Assembly: GCA_964291215.2 (NCBI GenBank)
Contig: OZ219790.1
Location: forward strand, 1,920,001 to 1,984,000
Direction: 5' to 3'
Length of the DNA: 64,000 nt
Source: Alphaproteobacteria bacterium
Lineage (GTDB): Bacteria; Pseudomonadota; Alphaproteobacteria; MPNO01; UBA830
This document shows positions 31,921 to 43,449 of the stretch, piece after piece. How positions within the stretch are numbered: the stretch's first letter is position 1; the number at the start of each line of letters is the position of its first letter. The translations under genes and the position numbers were made by a program. The notes below the pieces were generated by a model. It did not search any database. It was given only the letters and a program-made list of their open reading frames with translations, and was not told where the DNA came from.

Positions 31921-33177
31921 CTACAGCCGCGCATCGACGATGCGGGCGATCAATCCGTCGAATTCCCGTCGCGTGATGAAGCGGTGCTCGACGCAGTATT
32001 CGGATGCCCTGTTATCCCTGCTTCTGCAATCCCGTATCATCTTCAACAGGATGTCTTCCGCGTCCCCGCCCCGTCTGGCCGCTGCAGAGAAACGCTTCCT
32101 GAATTCCGTCGTGTCCGCCTGGTGAACGATGACCGTGTCCCAGGCCGGTATGACGAAAACCGCCTGGTTGCCGAGCCCCCAAGCCCAGTAGGTGCCTTCG
32201 GGAAACCCTGTGTCCGGACCGGGAACCCACCACAGATATCCGTGTCCCCACCGCAGGTCGTTTCGCCCGGTCGAGGTCATGTCCTCGTGAATGCGGTCGA
32301 TCCATCCGGCGGGAATGATCTCCCTGGCGCCGATCCGGCCCCGGTCGAGGTAGAGCCGGCCGAACCGGACGAGGTCTCGCGTCGACATTCTGAACGCGGC
32401 CGCGCGATGCCTCGAGACCTCCGGTTCTTCCATATACCGGACCGCGCCCGTCGTGAATTCCTGCATCCCGGCAGGCCGGGCAATCCCGTTCAGAAATGCG
32501 TTGGCGACAGTCAGCCCAGTGCGTTTCTCGAAGATGGTCGTGAGAACATTGTAGTCCCAGTTGTTGTAGGCCCATTTGGTGCCGGGGGTGTTTTCCCCCC
32601 GGCCCAGTAGCCGGTCCTTCTCGGCGGTCAGCCCGCCTTCGCCGGCTGCGGGGCGATTTATGCCCGAAACGCTCTTCAGCAGATGCCTGACGGTTGCCGT
32701 CTTCTGCAGGGCCGTAAGCGGCCGCGGCGCCTCGCCGATATTCAGGTCGCCCAGGGTGTCCGCCAGAGAGATCCGTCCGCGTCCGGTCCCGACGTACTGT
32801 CCCAGGATCGCGCTCAGCAGCGCCTTGCGAATCGAATGAACGTCATAGGCCCTGCCAGGATCGCCAAATGACGCGACGGTCCTGCCCTTCGTCACGATCA
32901 CCAGGGCATCCGTGCTCAACGACGCGGTGTATTCGAACGCGACGTCCAGACCCTCGGAACTCCAGCCCAGCCCTGTCGTCTCCTCTGCGCTCAATCGCGA
33001 GACGACGAGGGTTCTCGCCTGCCCGTCGCACGCCGACAAACCGCGTTCCCCCGTCGCAAGCAGATAAACCGTTGCACAAGCGGCAACCACGACCAGCCCA
33101 ACCGCAGATTTGGCAGCCGTTCGCATTTTCCCTGGCTCCACCGAATCGACATTCGCCGGATTCTGGCCATCCGGCAT
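31921..33177 (-). CDS. serine hydrolase (beta-lactamase class C-like family)
   Basis: SIRK (SxxK), YNN, GYLWW, AWGLGNQ; N-terminal membrane anchor. Confidence 0.8.
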   Translation of the reverse strand: MPDGQNPANVDSVEPGKMRTAAKSAVGLVVVAACATVYLLATGERGLSACDGQARTLVVSRLSAEETTGLGWSSEGLDVAFEYTASLSTDALVIVTKGRTVASFGDPGRAYDVHSIRKALLSAILGQYVGTGRGRISLADTLGDLNIGEAPRPLTALQKTATVRHLLKSVSGINRPAAGEGGLTAEKDRLLGRGENTPGTKWAYNNWDYNVLTTIFEKRTGLTVANAFLNGIARPAGMQEFTTGAVRYMEEPEVSRHRAAAFRMSTRDLVRFGRLYLDRGRIGAREIIPAGWIDRIHEDMTSTGRNDLRWGHGYLWWVPGPDTGFPEGTYWAWGLGNQAVFVIPAWDTVIVHQADTTEFRKRFSAAARRGGDAEDILLKMIRDCRSRDNRASEYCVEHRFITRREFDGLIARIVDARL

Positions 33178-33187
33178 GATCCAAATT

Positions 33188-36100
33188 CAGACGTCCTGAC
33201 CTCGTGAGCTGACTTGATCAGTCCGCCCCCCCTTTTTCCAACACAATGGTAACTGCTCACCCCCTGGTTCCAGCTTGATGTCGGGGTAGAGCAACGAACG
33301 GGTTTTCGTGGAGATTTGACACTGCAGGCCGATTCGTTTAGTGGTGGTAATCGAGAACGACGGGGACCGCCAGTGGGCTACTTTGGATCGAAGGCGACGA
33401 GCGGGCTGTGCCAGCTGCTTTCGGGGCTCCAGCCCCCGCATGATCTGTATGTGAAAACGCATCTCGGAAGCGGCGCGCTGATGAAGCGCAAGGCCGGGTG
33501 ATGGCGACGGGCGGCGCGCGAGGAGTTCGAAGCGGCCAAGACCGCGGCGCTGCCGGCAAGGTGGCGGAAGAGGCCGTCATCCGCGTCCTCGTCATCCTGC
33601 TCGACATCATCATCGTCGTCCTTCTGGAGAAGACCACGCACGAGCCGGAACTCCGGTCTGCCGCCGTCACAGACGGACGAGAGCGTGCCGGGAGCAACGG
33701 CAAGGGCCCGAAGCCGAACCGGCAGATGGGCGACAACCTGCGCAAGATCATCGTCGAGGAGACGGTCGCGGCCTGCGACGCCTGCGGCACCGACATCGAC
33801 GGCCCCATCGATCGGGAGCGCCGCACGACATCGTGTTCGAGGTCGTCGAGCGCCGCGCCGAGATCAAGGAATGGCCGAAGTGCAAGGCCCGGTTCCCCGA
33901 CAACATCCCGTGCAGTACGGCATCGGCATCCAGGCCCTCGTTATCAACCTGCTGGTCGCCCAGATGCTGTCCCTGCGCCGTCGCGCTCGTGCAGGCGATC
34001 TCCGGCATCAAGCTCTCCGAGGCAACCTGCCTCAGCTATGCTTTCACGATGCGTCATGGGAGGAGGCCGCCGTGGCGCACCTCCTGCAACGCCCTGCCCT
34101 GCATGTCGACGAGACCGGATTTCGGATCAACAGTAAGTGGCTCCATGTCGTGGGACCCTGACGTGCAAGTTCCCGCACCGCAAGCGCGGCCGGGAGGCAA
34201 GAGATCGGCCCGTGCTACAAGGGCGTCCTGGGCCTCGTACATGGCAGTGTAGCCACCAGCTGTGCGGTAGCCACCTGCTGCGCGAACTGACCTTTGTCGT
34301 CGAGGCTACCGCGCGACTGATGAAGAGCCTGCTCCGCGAGGTCTGCCACAAGATCAACAAGAGCGCATCCAAAACCCTGAACGACGCCGGGCGCAAGCGC
34401 TACCGCACCATCAGGGCGCCAGGGAACTGCCCGACATCCCGCCGAAAGGAAAACGTGGACGCAAGTCCGACGCGCACAACCTGCACGAACGTCTCGTGAA
34501 ACACGAAAACCTGCGCTTCATAGACGACCCCGATGTCAGCTTCACCAACAATGCCGGAGAACAGAAAATCAGGATGGCAAAGCTCAAGGTGTCCGGATGC
34601 TTCCGCTCCACGCAAAAGCATGGTGCCAAGCTACCTCACCTCCATGGCCGCACTCGGCTACAATCATCACGTCGCAACCCAGATCGCCCTCGACGGAAAA
34701 GCCGCAGACATCATCAACGAGCACTACGACCAATCAGAACCCAACTAGGGGTGAGTAGATACACACAATGAACGATTTTCCCGGTTTTTGCTTGACAACG
34801 TAGCCGCGTGATGGCCCGATATACCATGATGCCTGTAATTGGATACTCCCGGCCATGAACACGCTCGCGATGCACCCTCCTGAAGCCATCGGAACCTCGT
34901 GCTTCTCCCTTGCGGATGTCGACGGACAGACCGTCTACTTCTCGAACATGGAGCCCTGCCACGACGAGGGCGGCGATGCTGCTGCGGATCGCCAGGCACC
35001 GCATTCCTCAAAGAGACCTGCAGGCGGCGTGAGCCGCGCGACCGTGCAGCGGGCGGTGAAGAAGCTCCGGGACAGGGGCGAAGCGAGCTTCCACGAGGCG
35101 CGCAGGAGCCGCGGTATCAGCGTGTTCACCGGCGAGACGGCGGACGCGGCGAATCGTCTCCTGGCCGAGGGCATGAGCGCCGCGGCACTGGCCCGGGAAC
35201 CGGGGATTGCGAGATCGACGGTGTACTACAACCTCGGCAACGGGTTTGTCGGCGCCGGAGGGCGGCCGCAGCCGGAGGCGGCGAAAGTCGACGAGGCCAC
35301 GAGATGTCCGGACGATCTTCTCGGCCGCGGCGAGCGGGACCGTCGCGACAGGGTCGCGCCGATGGGGCGCGCGCGACAGCGCCGGGCGCGTCGCGGCCTC
35401 GACGGGGGCCATGACCGAAGCGCCGCCGCGCTTCGACGAGCCGCTCTCGGCGCTGTTGAAGGAGGGTCTCCCGGAGCACGCGAACAGGTTCCTGTCGCTG
35501 CCGAAAGGGTATTACGGGCTGACGGGCGTGCTTCTCATGCTCGCGTTCCTGTTCATGGGCCGGAACCCCGAGGCGCTCGGAGAACGGGGCGCGGTCGTGG
35601 GGCTCGACCGCTGCCCGGAGGCCAGGACGCTGCGGCACAAGATCAGGACGCTTGCGAGCGACCCGCAGCGGGTCCGGGACTGGCAGGACGCGCTGGCCTG
35701 GATCGCGGACGCGCGACGCTGTCGGTGGACGAGCACGTGAAGGTGTATTCGGGCCGCAAGGGCCGCCTGCAGAAGCACTTCGTGTCGCAGCTCTGCCTGC
35801 CGGCCTTGATCAGCTGCTGGGTCAACGCGCTCGGCGGCAGGCCGCTCCTGTGCCTGCACAAGGACCCGACCATGACGCACGCGCTGGAGCACGACATCCT
35901 GCCTGCGCTGGAGCGGCCTGCCGGGGCGCCGGATCTCGCCAAGGGAGAGGCGGCCGCGCTGACGCTGGTGTTCGACCGCTGGAGCCCGGCGCTGTTCGCC
36001 CGCCTCGCCCGGCGCAGGATGGCGGTGATCGCCTGGCACAAGGGGTTCGGGGGCGATCCCTGGCCGGAGGGGGAGTTCCGCACGGCCGCTCCACGGTCCA

Positions 36101-36890
36101 GGTTCCGGACCGCCGAGGTGCGGCTCGCGGAGAAACGGATCACGCTGTCCGGCGGGCCGGAGGTGCGCCAGATCCGGCGTCTTCCGGACAGCGGCCGGCA
36201 GGTGCCGCTTGTCACCACCGACATGCACACGCCCATGGAGCGGGTCGCTGGCGCGCTGTTCTGGCGCTGGTCCCGGGAGAACTTCTTCAAGTACATGCGC
36301 GAGGGGCTCGGCCTCGACGCCCGTGCACGGCCTTGTCGAGCAGGACCCCGCAGCGCGCGTCCCGGACTGGCGCCGCTGCGACCGCCGCATCCGGCAACTG
36401 CGCCAGAATCTCGGCACGCTGCGCAACCGCGTCGCCGACCTGCTCGGGGGCACCCCGTCCGACACCGCTGTCACGCTGAAGGACGAGATCGTGACGCTCG
36501 ACGCCGAGCACGAGGCGCTCAAGGTCCGGCGTTCAGAAACCCCGAAGCATGTCACGGTGGCCGAGCTCGACGAGAGACTCGACGCCCTGCCCTCCAGCGA
36601 GAAGCTTCTGCTCGACATCGTTCGCATGATCGCCTACCGCGCCGAGACCCGGATGATGTCCGCCGTCGCCGCGGCGCAGGGCGCAAAGCAGCGTCCACGA
36701 CGCCCTCTCGCCGAACTGTTCCAGTCGGACGCCGACATCGCCGGACTGCTCGACGAACTCAACCGGACGCGCACGATCTTCCCCGGAACCGGCCTCCGCA
36801 TGATCTACGAACTGCCAGACAACGCACGCAAACCCGGCCCGGAAGCATCACTCCGATTGGAAGAAATCGAAGCCGCGGTCAGGACCTCTG
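33188..36890 (+). mobile_element. degraded unclassified IS-like element hosting an IS66 copy
   Basis: IRs cagacgtcctgacctc / cagaggtcctgaccgc, flanking AAATT duplication; frameshifted transposase-like text (VDEHVKVYSG, WSRENFFKYM) at 34855-36890. Confidence 0.7.
33249..34762 (+). mobile_element. degraded IS66-family element, copy 1
   Basis: IRs gtaactgctcacccc / gtatctactcacccc, 8-bp duplication ACACAATG; fragments HVDETG, CGSHLLREL, FTNNAGEQ. Confidence 0.88.
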
Positions 36891-37024
36891 AAATTATGTC
36901 TCCGGCCTTTCCGGTCAATCGGTGTCGGGCGCTACCCTGGAAGGCTCCTCCGGTGCATGGTGCGGTCCGGCCAATTTTTGTCCGGAACGGGCTTTACTGT
37001 CCCGGTTGCATACGCCATATTCGT

Positions 37025-37308
37025 CCTGTCGGCTTGCCGACTATGGCGATAAACGGCTTGTGCAATAAGCGCCGTGGACCCGGGGGCAGTACCCGGCGCC
37101 TCCACCAACGCATCCTGCGGGAACTGCCGCGGATGTTCCGACGGGGGCGAAACAGGATCGACACGCGTCTAAAGACTTGCTTTTCGCCCGGTATGGTACC
37201 GCCGTTAGCGGGCCGCCTTTACAAATGCCAATGACAACGAATTGGCCCTCGCTGCCTAGATCTAGGAAAGCGCGGTCCCGGGGGCACCGGGCAACAGAAG
37301 CCCCCGAC
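37025..37308 (+). ncRNA. ssrA: two-piece (permuted) tmRNA
   Basis: T-arm + CGCCTCCACCA end at 37107, hairpin spacer, GGGGGCGAAACAGGATCGAC 5' end at 37143 (G3:U pair), tag ANDNELALAA* at 37227-37259; next to sspB; outer ends approximate. Confidence 0.95.
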
Positions 37309-37465
37309 TTCCACGACCCGACAGGCCTCTGGAAGCGGACAGTCCGATGTTGCCCGGGCTGCAAACCTGGCCGAAGCGCTTGGCTAGGTCCGGTTCCGGA
37401 GCTATTCTGCGATCCGGCTGCGAGGTGCAGCGCACGGACAGCAGAAATGCGGGACTTGCCGGCTC

Positions 37466-37945
37466 ATGGCTGACGACCTGATCGACTACGCGCAACTGGC
37501 TGCACGGGCAATGCGCGGAATCATGCGCGAAGCGCTCGCACGCGTCGAACAGGAAGGCCTGCCCGGCGAGCACCATTTCTACATCTCGTTCCGGACCAAG
37601 CATCCGGATGTCCGTATCGCGGATTTCCTGAGGCACAAATACCCCGAAGAGATGACCATCGTCCTTCAACACAAGTTCTGGGGCCTTGCCGCGCGCGAGG
37701 ACACCTTCGACGTCACGCTGAGCTTTTCCGGCCGGCACGAGGTTCTCCATATCCCCTATGAGGCAATAACCGTCTTCGCCGACCCGTCCGTCAATTTCAG
37801 CCTTCAGTTCGACGGCGCAGGCGACGGGACCGTCGCGGAGGGTCCGGCAGATTCCGATGAAGACGCGCCGCCGGCTCAGGCCGACCGCGGCGAAGGCACC
37901 AGCGAGGTCATCGCCCTTGATGCCTTTCGCAAGAACAGGACCTGA
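37466..37945 (+). CDS. sspB: ClpXP adaptor SspB (alphaproteobacterial type)
   Basis: LPGEHHFYISF, YPEEMTIVLQH, FADPSVNF, C-terminal VIALDAFRK. Confidence 0.93.
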   Translation: MADDLIDYAQLAARAMRGIMREALARVEQEGLPGEHHFYISFRTKHPDVRIADFLRHKYPEEMTIVLQHKFWGLAAREDTFDVTLSFSGRHEVLHIPYEAITVFADPSVNFSLQFDGAGDGTVAEGPADSDEDAPPAQADRGEGTSEVIALDAFRKNRT

Positions 37946-38015
37946 GCCGGTGAGTTTGCGTGCCGCGCCCGCCGCCCAACCCCGCACCAACCAGCAACCA
38001 GGGAGTTGATCCGAC

Positions 38016-39626
38016 ATGGCCGACGGCTCCTACGATGATATCCTTCCTCTCGGTCCCGATGAGACCGAGTACCGCAAACTCACGTCGGACTTCGTGTCGG
38101 TCGCCGATTTCGAAGGGGAGGAGATCCTCAAGGTCGAACCCGAGGGTCTCGAACAGCTTTCCGCGGAGGCGTTCTCCGACATCGCCCACTTCCTGAGGCC
38201 GGGGCATCTGCAGCAGTTGCGCGATATTCTCGATGATCCGGAGGCGTCGGACAATGACCGCTTCGTGGCTCTCGATCTCCTGAAGAACGCCAACATCGCC
38301 GCCGGCGGTATCCTGCCCATGTGCCAGGATACCGGGACCGCGATCATCGTGGGCAAGAAGGGACACAATGTTCGCACGGACGGCAACGACGAATCGGCGC
38401 TGTCGGACGGGGTTCTCAGAACCTATCGGGAACGAAATCTGCGTTATTCCCACGTCTCGCCGCTTGCGACGTTCAGCGAAACCAACACCGGTACCAACCT
38501 GCCCGCGCAGATCGAGATCTATTCCAGCCGCGGCGACGAGTACAAGTTCCTCTTCATTGCCAAGGGCGGCGGTTCGGCCAACAAGTCGTTTCTCTACCAG
38601 CTGACACCAGCGGTGCTGAACGAAAAGGCGATGCTCTCGTTCATTGACGAGAAGATCCGCTCGATCGGAACCGCGGCCTGTCCGCCATACCATCTGGCAA
38701 TCGTCATCGGCGGTACGTCGGCCGAATTCACCATGAAGACGGTCAAGCTCGCCACCACCCGCTATCTCGACTCGCTGCCGACCGAGGGCGGCGATCGAGG
38801 GACCGGCTACCGCGACCTCGGGATGGAGGAGAGGGTTCTCGAGCTCTCCCGCAAGACCGGCATCGGCGCCCAGTTCGGAGGCAAGTATTTCTGCCACGAC
38901 GTCCGCGTGATCCGCCTGCCGCGGCACGGCGCGAGCGTTCCCATAGGCCTCGGCGTCTCCTGTGCGGCCGACCGCCAGGCGCTTGCAAGGATCACGAGGG
39001 ACGGCGTGTTCCTCGAACAGCTCGAGATGAACCCCGCCAGGTTCCTGCCCGAAATCGAACCCGCCGATCTCGCCGGCGAGGTGGTGGAGATCGACCTCGC
39101 CCGCCCGATGGAAGATCTCAGGCGTACGCTCGGGCGCTGCGGCATAAGCACGCGCCTCTCGCTCACCGGGCCGATGGTCGTGGCGCGCGACGCCGCTCAC
39201 GCCAAAATCAAGCAACGGCTCGACGCCGGAGAGCCGATGCCCGACCATTTCCGGAACCATGCGATCTATTACGCGGGCCCAGCCAAGACACCGAAGGGAT
39301 ATGCCTCGGGCTCGTTCGGCCCGACCACTGCAGGCCGGATGGATTCCTATGTCGAGGAATTCCAGGCCCGCGGCGGTAGCCACGTGATGCTGGCCAAGGG
39401 CAACCGGTCGCGGCAGGTGACGGAGTCGTGCAAAAAGCATGGCGGCTTCTACCTTGGCTCGATAGGGGGTCCAGCTGCCCGGCTGGCGCAGGATTGCATC
39501 AGAAAGGTCGACTGCATCGAGTATCCCGAACTCGGGATGGAGGCGATCTGGCGCATCGAGGTCGAGGATTTTCCCGCGTTCGTCGTGATCGACGACAAGG
39601 GAAACGATTTTTTCGCCGGATTTTGA
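38016..39626 (+). CDS. fumA: class I fumarate hydratase
   Basis: [32 protein letters not shown]. Confidence 0.93.
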   Translation: MADGSYDDILPLGPDETEYRKLTSDFVSVADFEGEEILKVEPEGLEQLSAEAFSDIAHFLRPGHLQQLRDILDDPEASDNDRFVALDLLKNANIAAGGILPMCQDTGTAIIVGKKGHNVRTDGNDESALSDGVLRTYRERNLRYSHVSPLATFSETNTGTNLPAQIEIYSSRGDEYKFLFIAKGGGSANKSFLYQLTPAVLNEKAMLSFIDEKIRSIGTAACPPYHLAIVIGGTSAEFTMKTVKLATTRYLDSLPTEGGDRGTGYRDLGMEERVLELSRKTGIGAQFGGKYFCHDVRVIRLPRHGASVPIGLGVSCAADRQALARITRDGVFLEQLEMNPARFLPEIEPADLAGEVVEIDLARPMEDLRRTLGRCGISTRLSLTGPMVVARDAAHAKIKQRLDAGEPMPDHFRNHAIYYAGPAKTPKGYASGSFGPTTAGRMDSYVEEFQARGGSHVMLAKGNRSRQVTESCKKHGGFYLGSIGGPAARLAQDCIRKVDCIEYPELGMEAIWRIEVEDFPAFVVIDDKGNDFFAGF

Positions 39627-39956
39627 CGGGCCTGCCTCGGGCGATGACGGCGCTTCCCGATACTTGACCGACGCGCGGTCACGGCCCGGTGCGGCTCCGC
39701 GGCAGACGCCTGCGACACCGATAAACCGCGGCGGAAGGTCCAAGCCCTCTGCCCGCGCCTCCCGGCCTTCAACGCCAAGGCACCGCCGCAGCGCCCTCTC
39801 GCCGAACCGTTCGGCATCCGACTGCCGCCTCCAGGCGCAGACGATCGGCCCGACGCAGATGTTCGCCCTGCCGTCGATCCCCGGCGCAGCACGGCGCTGG
39901 CGGTCGATCCAGCCACGGCACCGCTTGGCCGAACTCCTCCGGAACAGGTCCGTCAG

Positions 39957-40330
39957 ATGAAATTCTGCGTGTTCGGTGTCGGCGGATTCGTCGGCGGCAT
40001 GGTCGCCCGTTCCGTTGCCGAGGTGTCGTTGGTAGCGCACGGACCCCACCTTGCCGCGCGTCGTGCCGACGGCCTCGAAGTCATCGCCGATGGCGAGCAG
40101 TTCACGGTCAAGGTCCCGGCAACGGACAGGCCTCAGGAACTGGTCTGCAGGATGTCGTGTTCATGGCTGTCAAGGCGCATGGCCTCGCCGCGGCGGCGCA
40201 GGCTGCCAGACCGCTGATGGGTCCGAAAACGGTGGTCGTCTCAGCACAGAACGGAATACCGTTCTGGTACTTCCACGCCCACGGCGGCCCGTTCGACAAC
40301 CGCGCATTGCAGACGGTGGATCCACGACGA
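39957..40330 (+). pseudogene. 2-dehydropantoate 2-reductase (PanE/ApbA family) remnant
   Basis: Damaged Rossmann N-terminus, frameshift near 40145, then MAVKAH and AQNGIPFWYF; truncated. Confidence 0.75.
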
Positions 40331-40545
40331 TCCCACGCTGCTAATCCAGCGGCGACCGGCGAGATTTTTCGGTCTGCGTCGCGCTGCAATCGTGCCGCCA
40401 AGGCTCAATGAGGCCTTCTCGGCGCGAAAAATTGCGATCAAGGAGCGATCCGTGATGACGCGAGCCCCAACACATTCGGATTTCGCGTCTCGGAATCAGC
40501 ATGGAATCACCGTGATCAACACCTAGGGGAATCGCTTTTGAAGAT

Positions 40546-42148
40546 GTAACTGCTCACCCCCTGGTTCCGGCTTGATGTCGGGGTAGAGCAACGAACGGGT
40601 TTTCGTGGAGATTTGACACTGCAGGCCGATTCGCTTAGTGGTGGTCATCGAGAACGACGGGGACCGCCAGTGGGCTACTTTGGATCGAAGGCGACGAGCG
40701 GGCTGTGCCAGCTGCTTCCGGGGCTCCAGCCTCCGCATGATCTGTATGTGGAAACGCATTTCGGAGGCGGCGTGCTGATGAAGCGCAAGGCGGAGTACCG
40801 GAAGATGCCGCCGGGCGAGCGCCAGGCGATGCTCGCAACGATCATGACCGTCGAGGCCGGGTGATGGCGACGGTCAACGCGGCGTCGCTACGCGAGGAGT
40901 TCGAAGCGGCCAAGATCGCGGCGCTGCGTGCGGCCGGCAAGGTGGCGGAAGAGGCCGTCATCCGCGTCTTCGTCATCCTGCTCGACATCCTCATCGTCGT
41001 CCTTCTGGAGAAGACCACGCACGAGCCGGAACTCCGGTCTGCCGCCGTCACAGACGGACAAGAGCGTGCCGGGAGCAAGGGCCCGAAGCCGAACCGGCAG
41101 ATGGGCGACAACCTGCGCAAGACCATCGTCGAGGAAACGGTCGCCGCCTGCGACGCCTGCGGCGCCGACATCGACGGCCCCGTCGATCGGGAGCGCCGCA
41201 CGACATCGTGTTCGAGGTCGTCGAGCGCCGCGCCGAGATCAAGGAATGCCCGAAGTGCAAGGCCCGGACCAAGGGCCGGTTCCCCGACAACATCCCGTGC
41301 AGTACGGCATCGGCATTCAGGCCCTCGTCATCAACCTGCTGGTCGCCCAGATGCTGTCCCTGCGCCGTCGCGTTCGTGCAGGCGATCTCCGGCATCAAGC
41401 TCTCCGAGGCCTCGGCTATGCTTTCACGATGCGTCATGGGAGGAGGCCGCCGTGGCGCACCTCCTGCAACGCCCGATATCGACGAGACCGGATTTCGGAT
41501 CAATAGCAAGTGGCTCCATGTCGTGGGACCCTGACGTGCAAGTTCCCGCACCGCAAGCGCGGGCAAGAGATCGGCCCGTGCTACAAGGGCGTCCTGGGCC
41601 TCGTACATGGGCCAGTGTAGCCACCAGCTGTGCGGCAGCCACCTGCTGCGCGAACTGACCTTTGTCGTCGAGGCTACCGCGCGACTTATAAAGAGCCTGC
41701 TCCGCGAGGTCTGCCACAAGGTCAACAAGAGCGCATCCAAAACCCTGAACGAGGCCGGGCCGTGCGCAAGCGCTACCGCACCATCAGGGCGCCAAGGAAC
41801 TGCCCGACATCCCGCCGCCGACGAAAGGAAAACGTGGACGCAAGTCCGACGCGCACAACCTGCACGAACGTCTCGTGAAACACGAAAACCTGCGCTTCAC
41901 AGACGACCCCAACGTCAGCTTCACCAACAATGCCGGAGAACAGAAAATCAGGATGGCAAAGGTCAAGGTGTCCGGATGCTTCCGCTCCACGCAAAAGCAT
42001 GGTGCCGGGGCTCAAGCTACCTCACCTCCATGGCCGCACTCGGCTACAGCCCACTCGTCGCCACCCAGATCGCCCTCGACGGAAAAGCCGCAGACATCAT
42101 CAACGAGCACTATGGCCAATCAGAACCCAACAAGGGGTGAGTAGATAC
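40546..42148 (+). mobile_element. degraded IS66-family element, copy 2
   Basis: Same IRs and body as copy 1; flanks TTGAAGAT / CTGAAGAT. Confidence 0.88.
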
Positions 42149-42208
42149 CTGAAGATTAGCTGTTAGGCGCTTGTGTTTTCGATTCACACTCCCGCTGGTC
42201 CCCCCGCT

Positions 42209-43449
42209 GGTACTGTAACTTGATGTCTGGAAATTTGTCTGAGGTTTGCGCTTTGAGGCGTTTCACTGGGGGGCTAGCCCCCCAGTGAAACGCGGCGCCA
42301 TCGTGCTATCCCATGGAGTTGCAAAACCTTCATGGAGGAAGCGAATGGACCTGCGACACACTACGACGATCGGGACTGTTTTGGAACATCTGATCGCAAA
42401 CGGAGCAACGGATCTGGGGCGGATCTTTGGTCAGCTCTTCGAGCTTGCGATGCAAATCGAGCGCGAGCAGCACTTGAAAGCGGGCCACTACGAACGGACA
42501 CCGGAACGACAGGGCTATGCCAACGGCTATAAGCCCAAACGGATCGACACCCCCACTGTTGCCAAACGGTCACGGGGACGACCCCCCAGTCGCTTGAACG
42601 CGGCCAGCGATCTTCTCGCGCCGTAGCCGAGATGTACATCAAGGGTGTTTCCACACGGCAGGATGTAATGCGCGAGTTCGGGAGCCTGTCCTCTTCTCAG
42701 GTCAGCCGGGCCACCAAGTTGCTCGATGAAGAACTCGCCGCGCAACCGGCCCCTGATGGAATACCTGATCCTGGATGCGCGCTACGAAAAAGCCCGCCAT
42801 GACGGCGTTGTGCGCGATGTTGCAGTACTCTCGGCCATTGGAATAGGGGCTGCAGGCACGTTCTGGAGCTCTCTGTGGCGCTCTCCGAGGCCGAGGTCCA
42901 TTGGAGAGCCTTCCTGGAAAGCTTGCTAGCCCTGCATGGTACGACCTTCATCGTCTCGGATGCCGGGCTGAAAGCGGCACGACGCGCGGTGCTGGGCGCG
43001 GCGACGTGGCAGCGCTGCCAGTTCCACCTGGCGCAAAACGCCGTGCACCGAACAACGACATCAGGAAACGTATTGGAAAACAGCTCAGAGCCATGCGTCC
43101 TCACTCCAAACCGCCGAGGCTGAACTGGGCGCCCTCGTGGCCAGCTATCGCGACAAGCATCCAAGCTTCGCAGACTGGCTGGAAAAGAATGCGGGGCTCG
43201 CTGTCTTCACCTTGCCCGATGCTCACCGCAAACGTATGCGAACCTCGAACGGCATCGGGCGACCGATCCAGCAAGAGCTCAAGCGGCGCACCTCCAAAGT
43301 CAGGGTCTTTCCGAACCTCGCCTCGTTGGAGCGCCTCTCAACCGCAGTCCTCATCGACGAAAAATGGGAAACCGAAACCAAGGCATACATCAAATGGGAA
43401 CAGCTCGATCAGCTTCACGACAATTTCCAGACATCAGGTTGCGTAATCC
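42209..43449 (+). mobile_element. degraded IS256-family element, copy 1
   Basis: IRs sharing tgatgtctggaaatt; fragments GYANGYK, YLILDARYEK, WQRCQFH, MRTSN; no target duplication. Confidence 0.88.

Noticed and set aside
37085-37107. tmRNA 3' end as attachment site of the downstream island
   Set aside because: I found no duplicate of the CCA-proximal sequence in the window, and core genes sspB-fumA follow directly
39640-39950. Possible eroded small gene on the minus strand (DGRANICVGPIVCAW)
   Set aside because: Looks coding-like but I cannot assign a family or boundaries
42190-42212. Short direct repeat cccgctggt x2 at the IS256 left end
   Set aside because: Too short to interpret; not matched at the right end so not a target duplication
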